Notes under the pieces: model-generated | The model's database searches: none | What the model saw: the letters and a program-made list of their open reading frames with translations, nothing else | What the model was told of the DNA's origin: nothing | Assembly (NCBI GenBank): GCA_965205605.1 | Contig: CBDBHE010000007.1 | Coordinates: forward strand, 544,001 to 608,000 | Length of the DNA stretch: 64,000 bases | From: Spirochaetota bacterium | GTDB lineage: Bacteria; Spirochaetota; UBA12135; COTS27; CBDBHE01 | Direction: 5' to 3' | Shown: positions 10,201-21,522 of the stretch, one piece after another | Layout: every line of letters starts with the position of its first letter | How positions within the stretch are numbered: position 1 is the first letter of the stretch | Position numbers and translations under genes: made by a program

Positions 10201-11907
10201 ATGTTTCAATTTTTAAAAAAGCCTTGGTCTCGTTTTTATACTTATTTACCTAAACAAAAAACGATTTCTTTAGATTATCAACATCTCCCTCAAATGCTTT
10301 CTACTGTTATTGAGCAAGTGCCTTCTAAAAAAGCCTTTGTTCAAGTCATGCCAAATGGGATGCAAGCCTCTCTTTCCTTTTATCAAGTTGGCTTTTATTC
10401 CGATGAGTTTGCTTTATATTTAAGAGAAATTATAGGGATTAAAGAAGGAGATAGAGTTGCGGTACAAATGCCAAATTGTCTTACGTATCCCATTGTTTCT
10501 TTGGGTATTTTAAAAGCAGGGGGTATTTTGGTCAATGTTAACCCTTTGTCCACCTCTTATGAAATGAAAGAAAAATTTAAAGATTGTGAACCTAAAGGAT
10601 TGGTTATTTTAGATATGTTTGCTGATAGGATTAGCAAAGCAATCGAAGGAGAGGCTATTAAGCAAGTCGTTCTAGTCAGTATTACCGAATTTTTTAACAA
10701 AAGACAAAAAATGATCATTGATTTTGTTTTAAAATACCTTAAAAAGCAAGTTCCCTCTTATCACGGAAAAGGAGTTTCTTATAAAGAGATTAGTTTTAAA
10801 GTGGCTTCTTTTTCTTTTAAAAAAAAATCTCTTTTAAAAGCATACCTTACAAATATTAATTTAAAAACAATCGCTCTGCTTCAATATACAGGAGGCACTA
10901 CAGGAGGCAGTACAAAAGCGGCTGTTTTGACCCACGAAAATTTAATTTCTAATATGGTTCAAATAGAGGTTTTTACTAAAGGGTTAGTGGTTAAAAATAA
11001 AGAATTGATTTTAACGGCTCTTCCTCTCTATCATTCTTTTGCTTTTACAGTTAATTTTCTTTTTTTCTTTTATCAAGGTGCCACTAACATCTTAATTCCT
11101 TCCCCCAGACCTATCACCAACTTGAAAAAACCAATGTTAAAATATCCCATTACTTGGTTTACAGGTGTCAATACTCTCTTTAAAGGACTCCTTGACTCAA
11201 AATGGTTTTCTAAAAAATATTTTTCAAAGTTAAAAACTTCTGTTGCGGGAGGCATGGCGCTTGAAAGTAATGTTCTTAAACGATGGCAAGCCATTTTCCC
11301 TTCTAGCTTAATCGAAGGTTATGGGCTTTCAGAAGCGTCTCCTGTGGTTACTTTTAATCCTATAGGGGGTAATGTTAAAGAAGGGACAATTGGTATTCCA
11401 CTCCCTTTCACCGATGCAAAGTGTGTGAATAAAAATGGAAAAGAAGTAAAAATAAAAGCAGTAGGAGAGTTAATTGTTAAAGGGCCTCAAGTGATGAAGG
11501 GGTATTGGAAAAAAGATATTGAAACAAAAAATAGCTTAAAAAAAGGGTGGCTGTATACCGGAGACATTGCTTTTATGGATAAGGAAGGGTACTTTAAAAT
11601 TGTTGATCGAAAAAAAGATATTATTATTGTCAGTGGATTTAATGTGTTTCCAAGTGAAGTGGAAGATTGTATTACGATGATGGATGGGGTTTTAGAAGTA
11701 GGGGTGGTGGGAATTAAAGATGATAAGACCAGTGAAGCTGTTAAAGCATTTATTGTTAAAAAAGACCCTTCTTTACAAGTAGATATGATTAAAAATCATT
11801 GTTGTGAGTATTTATCTGCTTATAAAGTACCGAAATTTTATGAGTTTAGAGAGGAACTTCCTAAAACAGTTATTGGTAAAATTTTAAGAAAAGACCTTAA
11901 AGAATAA
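10201..11907 (+). CDS. fadD: Long-chain-fatty-acid--CoA ligase
   Basis: LQYTGGTTG, LPLYHSFA, EGYGLSEASP, TGDIA, DRKKD, GKILRK (AMP-binding family). Confidence 0.88.
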   Translation: MFQFLKKPWSRFYTYLPKQKTISLDYQHLPQMLSTVIEQVPSKKAFVQVMPNGMQASLSFYQVGFYSDEFALYLREIIGIKEGDRVAVQMPNCLTYPIVSLGILKAGGILVNVNPLSTSYEMKEKFKDCEPKGLVILDMFADRISKAIEGEAIKQVVLVSITEFFNKRQKMIIDFVLKYLKKQVPSYHGKGVSYKEISFKVASFSFKKKSLLKAYLTNINLKTIALLQYTGGTTGGSTKAAVLTHENLISNMVQIEVFTKGLVVKNKELILTALPLYHSFAFTVNFLFFFYQGATNILIPSPRPITNLKKPMLKYPITWFTGVNTLFKGLLDSKWFSKKYFSKLKTSVAGGMALESNVLKRWQAIFPSSLIEGYGLSEASPVVTFNPIGGNVKEGTIGIPLPFTDAKCVNKNGKEVKIKAVGELIVKGPQVMKGYWKKDIETKNSLKKGWLYTGDIAFMDKEGYFKIVDRKKDIIIVSGFNVFPSEVEDCITMMDGVLEVGVVGIKDDKTSEAVKAFIVKKDPSLQVDMIKNHCCEYLSAYKVPKFYEFREELPKTVIGKILRKDLKE

Positions 11908-11978
11908 TTTTTAAGACTCAATAAAGCTATTTTTTTTTAATACTATAATTTTTTTATAAAAAAATTAATGATAACCTC

Positions 11979-12893
11979 ATGAACCTTTTACAAAAAGAAC
12001 TGAAACTTTTTTTCCCAACTATTTTTAAAGAAAACGTCGATCTTTCTTATCATTCTACTTTAAGGACAGGGGGTTGTGCGAAGTATTATTTTGAAATTGA
12101 CTGTTTGGAAGATCTTGAGGGGGTGTTTGAATGGAGTCAAAAAAAAGGGATTGATTTTTTAGTTTTGGGAAGAGGGAGTAATGTTGTTATTCAAGATCGT
12201 CCTTTGGGTGTTTTTGTTTTGAGCTTAAAAAGAAGGAAGGTTTGTTTTGAAAAAAGAAATAATGAAATGACTTTTTTTGCTTTTACGCCTTTTTATCAAG
12301 CCATTAAAGAAAGTCAAAAATATTTTTTAAAAGGCATGGAGTTTGCAACAGGGATCCCTGGTACAATTGGGGGGGGGCTTAAAATGAATGCAGGCACAAA
12401 ACAAGGAGAACTAAAAGATTCTTTTATAAGAGCGGCTATTTTTAGAAATGGTAAATTAGAAACCTTCTTTAAAAATGATTTAAATTTAAGCTATCGATCT
12501 TCAGCCTTAGGGGATAAAGATGTTATTTGGAAGGTTACTTTTTTACTATCTCAAGTGAGTGAAGAAGAAATGATATTTCTTAAAAAAAAATCTCAATCTT
12601 ACTTAGAATATCGCAAACAAACCCAACCACTTAATAAACCTAGTGGAGGCTCTACGTTTAAAAACCCCAAGGGCTTTAAAGCTGCCAAATTAATTGAACA
12701 AGCTGGACTTAAGGGAAAAAAAATAGGGGGAATGATGATTTCAGAAAAGCACCCTAATTTTGTTGTTAATGATGACCGAGGAACGGCTCAAGATACGTGG
12801 GACCTCATTGATTTTGTTCAAGAAACGGTTGATAAAAAATTTAACATTCTTTTACAACCAGAGCTTATTTCTTTTGGAAAGAAAGGAACGTGA
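11979..12893 (+). CDS. murB: UDP-N-acetylenolpyruvoylglucosamine reductase
   Basis: GRGSNV, GIPGTIGG..KMNAG, YRSS, QP..PSGGSTFKNP, SEKHPNF. Confidence 0.95.
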   Translation: MNLLQKELKLFFPTIFKENVDLSYHSTLRTGGCAKYYFEIDCLEDLEGVFEWSQKKGIDFLVLGRGSNVVIQDRPLGVFVLSLKRRKVCFEKRNNEMTFFAFTPFYQAIKESQKYFLKGMEFATGIPGTIGGGLKMNAGTKQGELKDSFIRAAIFRNGKLETFFKNDLNLSYRSSALGDKDVIWKVTFLLSQVSEEEMIFLKKKSQSYLEYRKQTQPLNKPSGGSTFKNPKGFKAAKLIEQAGLKGKKIGGMMISEKHPNFVVNDDRGTAQDTWDLIDFVQETVDKKFNILLQPELISFGKKGT

Positions 12894-12897
12894 TCGT

Positions 12898-13740
12898 TTA
12901 ATTTAATCTAAGAAGCCCTAGTCCATTAATACAATTATCCTTAACTCTCACTTCCCAATGTAAGTGAGGGCCTGTTGCTAAACCGCTTTCTCCAATCAGA
13001 CCGATGACTTGTCCTTTTTTAACCACTTGTCCTTGTTTGACTTTAATGGCACTTAAATGCCAGTAAGACGTTATTATAAAGCAGCCGTGATTGATGAGAA
13101 TGATTTTGCCCCGGATTCTTTTTTCTCCGACATAAATCACTTTCCCATGATTAGAAGCCATCACTTTTCCTTCATTTTTTTTTTTAAAATCAATGCCTCG
13201 ATGATAGTTTGTTTTTTGAGTATTATAAAGACGTAATTTTCCGTAATGCGAAGAAATCGTGACATGAGAAACGGGCAATTTCCATTTACCGACCCATCTT
13301 TGAAAGCGATCTTCTTTTAAAAAAAAAGGATGAAAAAACTCATTTTCTTTTTGACTTTTTTTTCTATTTAAACTTAGTTTTTTTTTAATGGGAGTTGGGA
13401 GATTGACAAATCCTTTTGGTTTTTTTTTCTTTTTTTTTTCTATATAAATGATTTTTTGATATTGTTTTGTTTGAGTTTTAATTAAAAGATGCCATTTTTT
13501 TACGTGGTATTGGATATCAAAGCCATCGAAGAAAAAATAAGTGTTTTTTTTTGTTTGATCTTGGTAATAATTTCTTTGTTTATGATTGACAAAGACGGTA
13601 GCAGTTTGATCTTTTTTAGAATCAATTGTGAAGGTAATTTTGATAATTTCACCAGGCTTTACTTCATTTTGAATCGATACATTTAAGCTGAAAAGAAAAG
13701 AAAAAAAAATTAAAAAGAGAAAAATAATTTTGTGAGACAT
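12898..13740 (-). CDS. M23-family metallopeptidase with signal peptide
   Basis: HRGIDF, YWHL, GESGLATGPHLHWEVR. Confidence 0.9.
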   Translation of the reverse strand: MSHKIIFLFLIFFSFLFSLNVSIQNEVKPGEIIKITFTIDSKKDQTATVFVNHKQRNYYQDQTKKNTYFFFDGFDIQYHVKKWHLLIKTQTKQYQKIIYIEKKKKKKPKGFVNLPTPIKKKLSLNRKKSQKENEFFHPFFLKEDRFQRWVGKWKLPVSHVTISSHYGKLRLYNTQKTNYHRGIDFKKKNEGKVMASNHGKVIYVGEKRIRGKIILINHGCFIITSYWHLSAIKVKQGQVVKKGQVIGLIGESGLATGPHLHWEVRVKDNCINGLGLLRLN

Positions 13741-13844
13741 TTTTGGAGCAAAAAATTAATTAATGATTATTTAATTAATAAGTTTAGTTTAAAAAGACAT
13801 GTGGTACAATGACTTGATTCATTAAATAACGTATTATTTTAAGT

Positions 13845-14456
13845 TTGATGGAATTCAAAAAAATTTTTAAAAAAAAAATAGGAATTTTTCCAGGATCTTT
13901 TAACCCCATTCATTTAGGCCACTTAACCATTGCCCAAAAGGCGTATGAGAAACTTGTTTTAGATGAAATTTGGTTTGTTTTAACGCCTCAAAATCCCTTT
14001 AAAAAAAATTCGACTTTACTGGCTTTTAAAAATCGGTGGCAACTTTTAAAAGTGGCTCTTAGAAAAAAAAAGTATTTTAAAAGAAGTCAAATAGAAAGAT
14101 GCTTGCCTAAACCCAATTATACGAGTAAAACCATTCGACTTTTAAAAATTCGATATCCTTTTTATGATTTTACCCTTATTTTAGGGGAAGATAATTTAGC
14201 CAATTTTGATCAGTGGAAGCATTCAAAATGGCTTTTGCAAACCATCCCCATTGCTTTTTATAAAAGAGGGAGCAGATTTTCTTTAAAAAAAGCAATGCTT
14301 CAAAAAGTTTTTCTGATTTCAAAAGAAATAGTTGCCATTTCTTCAAGTGAAATTAGGACGATGTTACGAAAAAAAGATTTTTCAAAAAAAGTGGTTAAAG
14401 CGTATCTTTCAAAATCTGTTTTAGATATGATAAAAGAAAAAAATTTTTATCTCTAA
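13845..14456 (+). CDS. nadD: Nicotinate-nucleotide adenylyltransferase
   Basis: GSFNPIHLGH, PQNPFK, ILGEDN, ISSSEIR. Confidence 0.93.
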   Translation: MMEFKKIFKKKIGIFPGSFNPIHLGHLTIAQKAYEKLVLDEIWFVLTPQNPFKKNSTLLAFKNRWQLLKVALRKKKYFKRSQIERCLPKPNYTSKTIRLLKIRYPFYDFTLILGEDNLANFDQWKHSKWLLQTIPIAFYKRGSRFSLKKAMLQKVFLISKEIVAISSSEIRTMLRKKDFSKKVVKAYLSKSVLDMIKEKNFYL

Positions 14457-14552
14457 TGGACTAAAGACTTTAGTTTTGTGTTAAAGAGGTTAAAATAGAT
14501 AGTTATTTATTTTAAAAAGTATTATAATGTTAAACTAATAGTTGTTTTTTAA

Positions 14553-17500
14553 TTGGTGCAAAAATTTTTTAGTACAAAATCGACTTTATCAAAGTCTTCT
14601 TATCAATATAAAATTGATCCTCGTTTTTTAGCTAGTGATGGGGTTGAAATTTACACAGGGTGCGAATTAATTGTTAAAGGTCTTTTAGAAACAGAAGGGG
14701 GTAGTCATCTTTGGACAGGATATCCAGGATCGCCGGTTTCTGGATTTTTTGATCAATTTAAAAAATTAGGCCCTCTTTTAAAAGAAAAAGGGATTCGCGG
14801 GGCACAAGCAAATAATGAAGCGCTTGCCGCAGCGATGGTTAATGGTTCACAAATGTTGCCTTTAAAAGTGATGGCAGCGATGAAAAGTGTTGGTTTTCAT
14901 GTGGCTTCGGATTCTTTATCACTTGGTAATCTAGCAGGAGCAAACCCTAAAGGAGGAGGGGTTTTGATTTTAGTAGGAGATGATCCTTGGAATCAAAGTA
15001 CCCAAGTGCCAGCTGATTCTCGTTTTATTAGTGAGCATATGCATATGCCTGTTTTAGAGCCTAGTGGCCCACAAGAAATGAAAGATTGGGTCGATTTAGG
15101 GTTTAAGCTTTCTAATGCTTCTCTTTTTTACATCACTTATCTTTTAATGACCCATCAAGCAGATGGAGCTGGAACCGTCAAAATTTTTAAAAATCAATAC
15201 CCTTTCTTTAATATGAATTTCAAATCTAATATCGAAACGCTTACTATTGGAATGAAAGAACCTACAATCATGCTACCACCAATAACAGAGAAAAAAGAAC
15301 AACAGCTTATTTTTAGAAGAGAAGCTCTCCATCAAGCAAGTAGAAAACTTGATATTGATAAAATTCTTTACTCTAGAAAAACTTCAAAAGCTTCTATTGG
15401 ATTTATTACTTCAGGGTGTTCGTTTGTGTATTTAAGGCATGCTTTAATGGAGCTTGATCTTTGGGGAGAGTATCCTGTTTTAAAATTAGGGATTACATAT
15501 CCCATTGACCCTAAAAAGGTACTTGATTTTTTAAGCCAAGTTGAAAATGTAGTGGTCGTTGAGGAAAGAAGAAGTTTTATTGAAAAACAAATTTTAGATA
15601 TTACTAATACCGCTTCCATTATAAAAGCTAAGCAAAAGAAAGAAAGAAAAATACCTCTAATTTATGGGAAAAACTTTCCCAACCAAATGGAAGGATTTCC
15701 ATCTACTTTAGGGCTCAATCCTTCTATGGTTGAAGAAAAAGTAGGTTTGATCATTTCTTTTTTAGGGGATAGAAAGAATTTAAAAAAAATAAAAGAAGAA
15801 ATTTCATTTATTAAAAAAATTCAAAATATTCAAATAGAAACCCCTGTTAGGACGCCTACTTTTTGTCCCGGATGTCCTCATCGAGATAGTTCGAGTAATT
15901 TTAAAAAAATTAAAAAAGACTTTATGAATCCCGTTTATATGAAAAAAAATCATCAAAGAGGAGTGGTTGATCTGATTTTTCACGGAGATACAGGTTGTTA
16001 TTCGATGCTCTCTTTCGAGCCTAATAAAGAACTAATGCACAACTATTCAGGGATGGGTTTAGGAGGAGGGACAGGAGCAGGTATTGATCCTTTTATTATT
16101 AATAAACAAATTGTTTTTATGGGGGATTCTACTTTTTTTCATTCAGGAAGTGTGGCAATTTCAAATGCTCTTAAAAATAATCAAGATATTACTTTTGTTA
16201 TTTTAGATAATGATACAACCGCTATGACAGGACATCAAACCACACCAGGTCTTTCTATAGGGGCATCTAATGAAACCACTCCTTTTCAAAAAATTGATGA
16301 TATTGTTAGGTCAATTGGTAAAAGAGAAAAACATTTTCCCGTCGCTCGTATTAATCCTGAAGATTGGCAATCTTATAGAAAAATAGTAGAAGAAAAAATC
16401 CTTTTAAAGGGTGTGAAAATTATTATTGCGGATAAAGAATGTGCCATTACTTATTATCGAAAAGAACGAATTAAAGAATCTCAAGTTGAAAATAAAAAAG
16501 GATTCTTACCTTCTAAACAATACATGAATGTTGTTGAAGAAACTTGTGAAAATTGCCTTGAATGCACCAATACAACCGGATGTCCTGGCCTTACTGTCAA
16601 ATCAACCCCGTATGGCAATAAGATTCAAACAGATACTTCTTGGTGTGTTAACGATCGAGCTTGTAGCAAAGTTGAAGCTTGTCCTTCTTTCGAATCTATT
16701 ACCGTAAAACGTAAAAAAGAGATTAAAAATCCTCTTGATATGATTGATCTTTATTCACCTTCGAAGCCTAAACAAATTTTTTCTTTTAGTCATTATTGGG
16801 GAGTGCATCTTGCTGGTGTAGGCGGGATGGGGACGGGAGTCCTTTCTGCTATTATTGGAAGAAGTTGCGTCAAAAGAGGCTATCAAGTCCGTTATAGTGA
16901 TAAAAAGGGACTAGCTGTTAGAAATGGAAGTGTGTATTCTAATATTATTGCTTATAAAGAGGGTAGAGAAGAACCTTCTAATGTCATCCCTTACGGGAAA
17001 GCGGATCTTCTAATTGGTATGGATCTTTTAGAAGCAGCAAGGGGGATTAGTTCGTTTCCTTCTCGTGGGGTAGCTTCTAAAGAGAAAACTTCTGCTATTG
17101 TTAATACTTCAAAAACGCCTACTGTTTTAAATTTAATGGGAGAAAATTTTTTTTCTGATGAAAAATTACTACAACAAGTTAAACAACATATTAAAGAAGA
17201 ACATAGTTTTTTCATTGACTTGGGAACCATTTCAGAAAAATATTTTTCAAATAAAATGTATGTTAATTTAATGCTTTTAGGCATTGCTTATCAAAAAGGA
17301 TTGTTACCTGTTTTTGAAGAAGATTTACTTTGGGCCATAAAGGTAGTTGTAGGGCGTCATCAGGAAGAGAAAAATATTATTGCTTTTAAATTGGGGCGTT
17401 ATATTGTTGAAAATATTGCTTTTTTCATCGAAGAAAATCAAGCCAATTTTTCTTATAAAAAATTGCGAGATTACTTTCTCTCTCAAATAGAAAAGCATAA

Positions 17501-18245
17501 AAAAAGACATGTTCGTCGTTTTAAAGATTTACTTTCTTCTTTTGAACATTTGCCTAGATTGGATGATCTTTTAAAGAAAGACATTATTCGAAGAGTCTAT
17601 GACCTTATTTGGCATTCTGGGTTTTTTTATGCTAAAAAATATTTAGGTCTGGTGCTATCTATTTATGAAAAAGATTTAGAAGCAAAAGAAATGCAAATTA
17701 CTAAAGCTGTTATTTGGAATCTCGCTAAAGTCATGCTGATTAAAGATGAACTTTATGTCGCTCATTTACTCACTTCAGAAGAAAAAATCCTTCGTGATAA
17801 AAAGCGTTATCAAATTGACCCTTCAAGAGGAGATAAAATCTATTACAAGCGTTATAATCGTCCTTCTTTTCAAATAGGGCCTTTTAAAATTGCTTTTAAA
17901 GTGAATGCTCAAAATTGGCAACTCAATATTCTTAAAAGAATGCTTTTTTTAAGAAAATTACTACCTACTTGGCATAAAAGAGAAAAACTTTTTAGAGATT
18001 GGTATATTAATTTAACACAAGAATTCCTTTTTAAAACACAAAATGACTATTCAAAATGGCTTGAAATCTTTAATGCCCCAGAACAAGTCACCGGTTATAG
18101 AGAAATCCGTTACCCAAAAGAAGACAAGGTTAAAAGAAGAGTTTATGATCTTTTAATTGACCTTAATAAGAGAAGAGAGTCCAATCCTATTAATTTTTAT
18201 TCTATTTTTAAACAAGAAAAAAATTTAATTAAAACGGGCTCTTAA
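14553..18245 (+). CDS. Fused (alpha+beta) indolepyruvate:ferredoxin oxidoreductase-family protein
   Basis: GYPGSP, NEALAA, MKSVG, RTPTFCPGCPHR, TPP motif GDSTFFHSG..NDTTAMTG, ferredoxin CENCLEC, POR domain AGVGGMG..KKGLAVRNG, and a C-terminal extension. Confidence 0.88.
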   Translation: MVQKFFSTKSTLSKSSYQYKIDPRFLASDGVEIYTGCELIVKGLLETEGGSHLWTGYPGSPVSGFFDQFKKLGPLLKEKGIRGAQANNEALAAAMVNGSQMLPLKVMAAMKSVGFHVASDSLSLGNLAGANPKGGGVLILVGDDPWNQSTQVPADSRFISEHMHMPVLEPSGPQEMKDWVDLGFKLSNASLFYITYLLMTHQADGAGTVKIFKNQYPFFNMNFKSNIETLTIGMKEPTIMLPPITEKKEQQLIFRREALHQASRKLDIDKILYSRKTSKASIGFITSGCSFVYLRHALMELDLWGEYPVLKLGITYPIDPKKVLDFLSQVENVVVVEERRSFIEKQILDITNTASIIKAKQKKERKIPLIYGKNFPNQMEGFPSTLGLNPSMVEEKVGLIISFLGDRKNLKKIKEEISFIKKIQNIQIETPVRTPTFCPGCPHRDSSSNFKKIKKDFMNPVYMKKNHQRGVVDLIFHGDTGCYSMLSFEPNKELMHNYSGMGLGGGTGAGIDPFIINKQIVFMGDSTFFHSGSVAISNALKNNQDITFVILDNDTTAMTGHQTTPGLSIGASNETTPFQKIDDIVRSIGKREKHFPVARINPEDWQSYRKIVEEKILLKGVKIIIADKECAITYYRKERIKESQVENKKGFLPSKQYMNVVEETCENCLECTNTTGCPGLTVKSTPYGNKIQTDTSWCVNDRACSKVEACPSFESITVKRKKEIKNPLDMIDLYSPSKPKQIFSFSHYWGVHLAGVGGMGTGVLSAIIGRSCVKRGYQVRYSDKKGLAVRNGSVYSNIIAYKEGREEPSNVIPYGKADLLIGMDLLEAARGISSFPSRGVASKEKTSAIVNTSKTPTVLNLMGENFFSDEKLLQQVKQHIKEEHSFFIDLGTISEKYFSNKMYVNLMLLGIAYQKGLLPVFEEDLLWAIKVVVGRHQEEKNIIAFKLGRYIVENIAFFIEENQANFSYKKLRDYFLSQIEKHKKRHVRRFKDLLSSFEHLPRLDDLLKKDIIRRVYDLIWHSGFFYAKKYLGLVLSIYEKDLEAKEMQITKAVIWNLAKVMLIKDELYVAHLLTSEEKILRDKKRYQIDPSRGDKIYYKRYNRPSFQIGPFKIAFKVNAQNWQLNILKRMLFLRKLLPTWHKREKLFRDWYINLTQEFLFKTQNDYSKWLEIFNAPEQVTGYREIRYPKEDKVKRRVYDLLIDLNKRRESNPINFYSIFKQEKNLIKTGS

Positions 18246-18259
18246 TCTTCTAAAAATTT

Positions 18260-20086
18260 TTAATCAATTAATTTTCTTTTATTTAAAATAGAAACAATTT
18301 TTGTGATTTCTTTTTTTAAATCTAATTCATTAGCATTAATGACGTGGTCTGATTGTTTTGAAAGCTCAATTTTTATTTCTGCTTCTTTTGGATTTCGACC
18401 TAGGTTGATTAATCTTTGTTTGGCATTTTCAATAGAAACGTCTGAGTGAATTTCTAAAATTGTTTTTTTTTCTAAACAAAGCTTGATGTTTTTTCGATCT
18501 TCTTTTTTATTAAAAGAATAAGTTGAAAAAACAAAACACCCTAAATCAAAAAGAAGTCTCACTTTTTCAACAAAAAGAATCAAGTCTCTTTTACTTGGAT
18601 TTTTTGTAATCGGAAAATCTGATTTGGGTTCTAAAACATACAAAAAACGACCTCTATCAAAGAGATATCTCTCTAAAGCTCTAGCCACCACAATTTTTGC
18701 AGAACCGGCAATACCTGTAAATAAAATCAAAAAAGATTTTTGATGAAATCGATCGGCTCTTTCTAAAGAAGTCACTCTCTCCGAAATGGCTTGAATATCT
18801 TGATCCCCTTGCTTAAAATCACAAATCATCCCGGCCCCTAAGGTTTCATTTGTTAGCCGATCGATAATAATAAAACAACCGGCATATTTGTTTTCTTGGT
18901 ATTTTGAAGCGATGATTGGTAAATCTAAATGAAGGGAAACTTTTCCAATGTCATTGAGTGCTAAATAGGAAGCTTTACTATTTGATAAGTTTTTCATGTT
19001 TTTTTTATAAATCACTTTATCAATGATGCCACTTATGGTTGAATTAGTGTGTTTAATCCAATAAGATTTATTGATTTTTAAAGGTTCTTCGCTCATCCAA
19101 ATAAGATCAGCTTTTAGTGAATAAAGAAGATGAAACGAGTTTTTTTCTTTAACAATGATATCTCCTCTAGAAATATCCACTTCTTCTTTTAAGGTGATCA
19201 CCGTTGACAAAGGAGAAGTGGCTTTTTTCAGTATTTGATCGTAAATCAAAATTTCTTTAACTTGATTTTTTTTCCCAGAAGGCAAAATAACTACTTTGTC
19301 TCCTGTTTTGATTTCTCCTGATAAAATACTCCCCCCATAGCCTCTAAAAGTTTGATCAGGTCTTAAAGTATATTGCACAGGGAAGTAAAATTCTTTTTTG
19401 TCGTTTTTTTCATCACAAGAAACGGTTTCTAAATATTCCAAAATCGTTCCTTTTTTAAACCAAGTCATGATTTGACTTTTACTAACAATATTATCTCCTT
19501 TTAAAGCGCTAATAGGATAAAAATTAACTTCTTCAAAAGAGAGATTTTTACAAAAAGAAACAAATTCTTTTTGGATTTTGTTAAATATATTTTTATCGTA
19601 CTTTATTAAATCCATCTTATTGATCGCAACGACTAGATGGCGAATCTTTAAAAGAGAAGTAATGTAAGCATGTCTTTTTGATTGAGTGGAGACTCCTTTT
19701 AAAGCATCAATTAAAATAATAGCCGTTGTTGCATTTGAAGATCCAGTTGCCATATTTCGAGTGTATTGTAAGTGACCTGGAGTATCGGCAATAATAAATT
19801 TTCTTTTTTCTGTTGTAAAATAACGATAAGCAACATCAATGGTAATGCCTTGCTCTCTTTCAGATTTGAGTCCATCGGTAATGAGTGAAAAATCAATTTC
19901 TTCTTGGAAATTAGCCTTATTTTTAGTGGCTTTTTTAACGGATTCTATTTGGTCTTTATAAACTCCTTTGAGTTCGTAGAGCAAGCGACCGATTAAAGTT
20001 GATTTTCCATCGTCAACAGAACCAATCACAACAAACCTTAAAAGATCTTTCTTTTGGTGATTTTTTAAGTAAGCTTCTATCTTCAC
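18260..20086 (-). CDS. cysN: Sulfate adenylyltransferase large subunit (CysN) with a degenerate C-terminal APS-kinase domain
   Basis: GSVDDGKSTLIGRLL, EREQGITIDVAYRYF, DTPGH, NKMD. The C-terminal domain has GIAGSAKIV where CysC normally has GLSGSGKST. Confidence 0.93.
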   Translation of the reverse strand: MKIEAYLKNHQKKDLLRFVVIGSVDDGKSTLIGRLLYELKGVYKDQIESVKKATKNKANFQEEIDFSLITDGLKSEREQGITIDVAYRYFTTEKRKFIIADTPGHLQYTRNMATGSSNATTAIILIDALKGVSTQSKRHAYITSLLKIRHLVVAINKMDLIKYDKNIFNKIQKEFVSFCKNLSFEEVNFYPISALKGDNIVSKSQIMTWFKKGTILEYLETVSCDEKNDKKEFYFPVQYTLRPDQTFRGYGGSILSGEIKTGDKVVILPSGKKNQVKEILIYDQILKKATSPLSTVITLKEEVDISRGDIIVKEKNSFHLLYSLKADLIWMSEEPLKINKSYWIKHTNSTISGIIDKVIYKKNMKNLSNSKASYLALNDIGKVSLHLDLPIIASKYQENKYAGCFIIIDRLTNETLGAGMICDFKQGDQDIQAISERVTSLERADRFHQKSFLILFTGIAGSAKIVVARALERYLFDRGRFLYVLEPKSDFPITKNPSKRDLILFVEKVRLLFDLGCFVFSTYSFNKKEDRKNIKLCLEKKTILEIHSDVSIENAKQRLINLGRNPKEAEIKIELSKQSDHVINANELDLKKEITKIVSILNKRKLID

Positions 20087-20092
20087 TTTATT

Positions 20093-20989
20093 TTAAAAAT
20101 AGCCTTCTTTTTTTTTGGTTTCCATAGAGCCTTCTACATCATAATCAATCACTCTTCCTTCTCTTTCTGAATTTTCTGAAACAAGCATTTCTTTAATAAT
20201 GTCTTTTACAGTGGTTGCTTTTGAGCGAATGGCACCGGACAAAGGATAACAACCTAAAGTACGAAATCGAATTTCTTCTAAAAAAGGTTTATCTTCTTTT
20301 TTTAAAGGAAAACGCTCATCATCTAACATAATGAGCACTCCTTTTCGATCAATGACTTGTCGTTTTTTGGCAAAGTAAAGCGGGATAATAGGAATTTTTT
20401 CAAGATTAATGTATAACCAAACATCAAGCTCTGTCCAATTTGATAAAGGAAACACTCGAATACTTTCACCTTGATCAATCTTTCCATTATAAAGGTTCCA
20501 AAGTTCAGGTCTTTGTTTTCTTGGATCCCACTGATTTTTTTTATCTCGAAAAGAAAAGATTCTTTCTTTAGCACGTGATTTTTCTTCGTCTCTTCTAGCC
20601 CCTCCAAGAGCAGCATCAAACTTTCCTTTATTTAAAGCTTGCAAGAGACTTTCTGTTTTCATAATGGCTGTGTATTTTTGGCTGCTATAGTTAAAAGGAT
20701 TAATTTTATTTTTAACGCCTTCTTGATTGATATGTACGATTAAATTTAACTTGTCTTTTTTAGCAATTTTATCTCTAAAGCTAATCATTTCTTTAAACTT
20801 CCAAGTGGTATCAACATGTAAAAGAGGAAAAGGAATCTTTGCTGGATAAAAAGCTTTTTTAGCTAAATGTAGCATTACAGACGAGTCTTTACCTATCGAA
20901 TACAGCATAACAGGGTTTTCAAATTCCACAGCGACTTCTCTTAAAATATAAATACTTTCAGCTTCTAATTTTTTTAGATGATTCATCAT
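20093..20989 (-). CDS. cysD: Sulfate adenylyltransferase subunit 2
   Basis: [47 protein letters not shown]. Confidence 0.97.
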   Translation of the reverse strand: MMNHLKKLEAESIYILREVAVEFENPVMLYSIGKDSSVMLHLAKKAFYPAKIPFPLLHVDTTWKFKEMISFRDKIAKKDKLNLIVHINQEGVKNKINPFNYSSQKYTAIMKTESLLQALNKGKFDAALGGARRDEEKSRAKERIFSFRDKKNQWDPRKQRPELWNLYNGKIDQGESIRVFPLSNWTELDVWLYINLEKIPIIPLYFAKKRQVIDRKGVLIMLDDERFPLKKEDKPFLEEIRFRTLGCYPLSGAIRSKATTVKDIIKEMLVSENSEREGRVIDYDVEGSMETKKKEGYF

Positions 20990-21033
20990 TTTTTATCGTT
21001 TCTAATCTAATTTTTTTTTAAAATCTTGTGTCT

Positions 21034-21231
21034 CTAAACAAAGAAACATACAAAAAGAAAAAATGAGAAAGAGAAAAAATGGCTAAAACCATTATAAACT
21101 CTAAGAAAGAGCTTTAAAAAGATGATGCTCCCTACTTTGAACCAATTATCCATTTTTACCAAAAAGTACCATTATCATTTAGACATAGGTAGACATCACT
21201 TTAACATTATTTGACTTTTATAAGTGGTAAA
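21034..21231. repeat. Copy A of a ~200 bp direct repeat, upstream of cysD
   Basis: Aligns by eye with 25184-25388; the last 44 bp (GGTAGACATCACTTTAACATTATTTGACTTTTATAAGTGGTAAA) are identical. Confidence 0.9.
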
Positions 21232-21522
21232 ATATCGTTAAAAACGATCCTGATAAATCTAAAATAAAAAATTGTGAAAAAGACATTTTAATAAAGTTAA
21301 ATGAGGGTCAACCACTAAAAAAAAAAAATAATCAATCCCATGGGTTATGAGCTAGTGAAGTAAACTAAAAATCAAACATTCTATCGAATAGGACGAAAAA
21401 ACCATCGAATTTTTCAAAACCTAGATTAAATTTAATGTAAATCCTTTAAGTGATAAGTAGCAACAGCAATACATGTAAAGAGCCAATTTATTTAATGCCA
21501 TCACAAACTTACTGTAATAATT

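Noticed and set aside
21232-21522. Possible gene fragment between repeat A and the thiF stop
   Set aside because: Short broken plus-strand readings with no recognisable family; cannot be supported.
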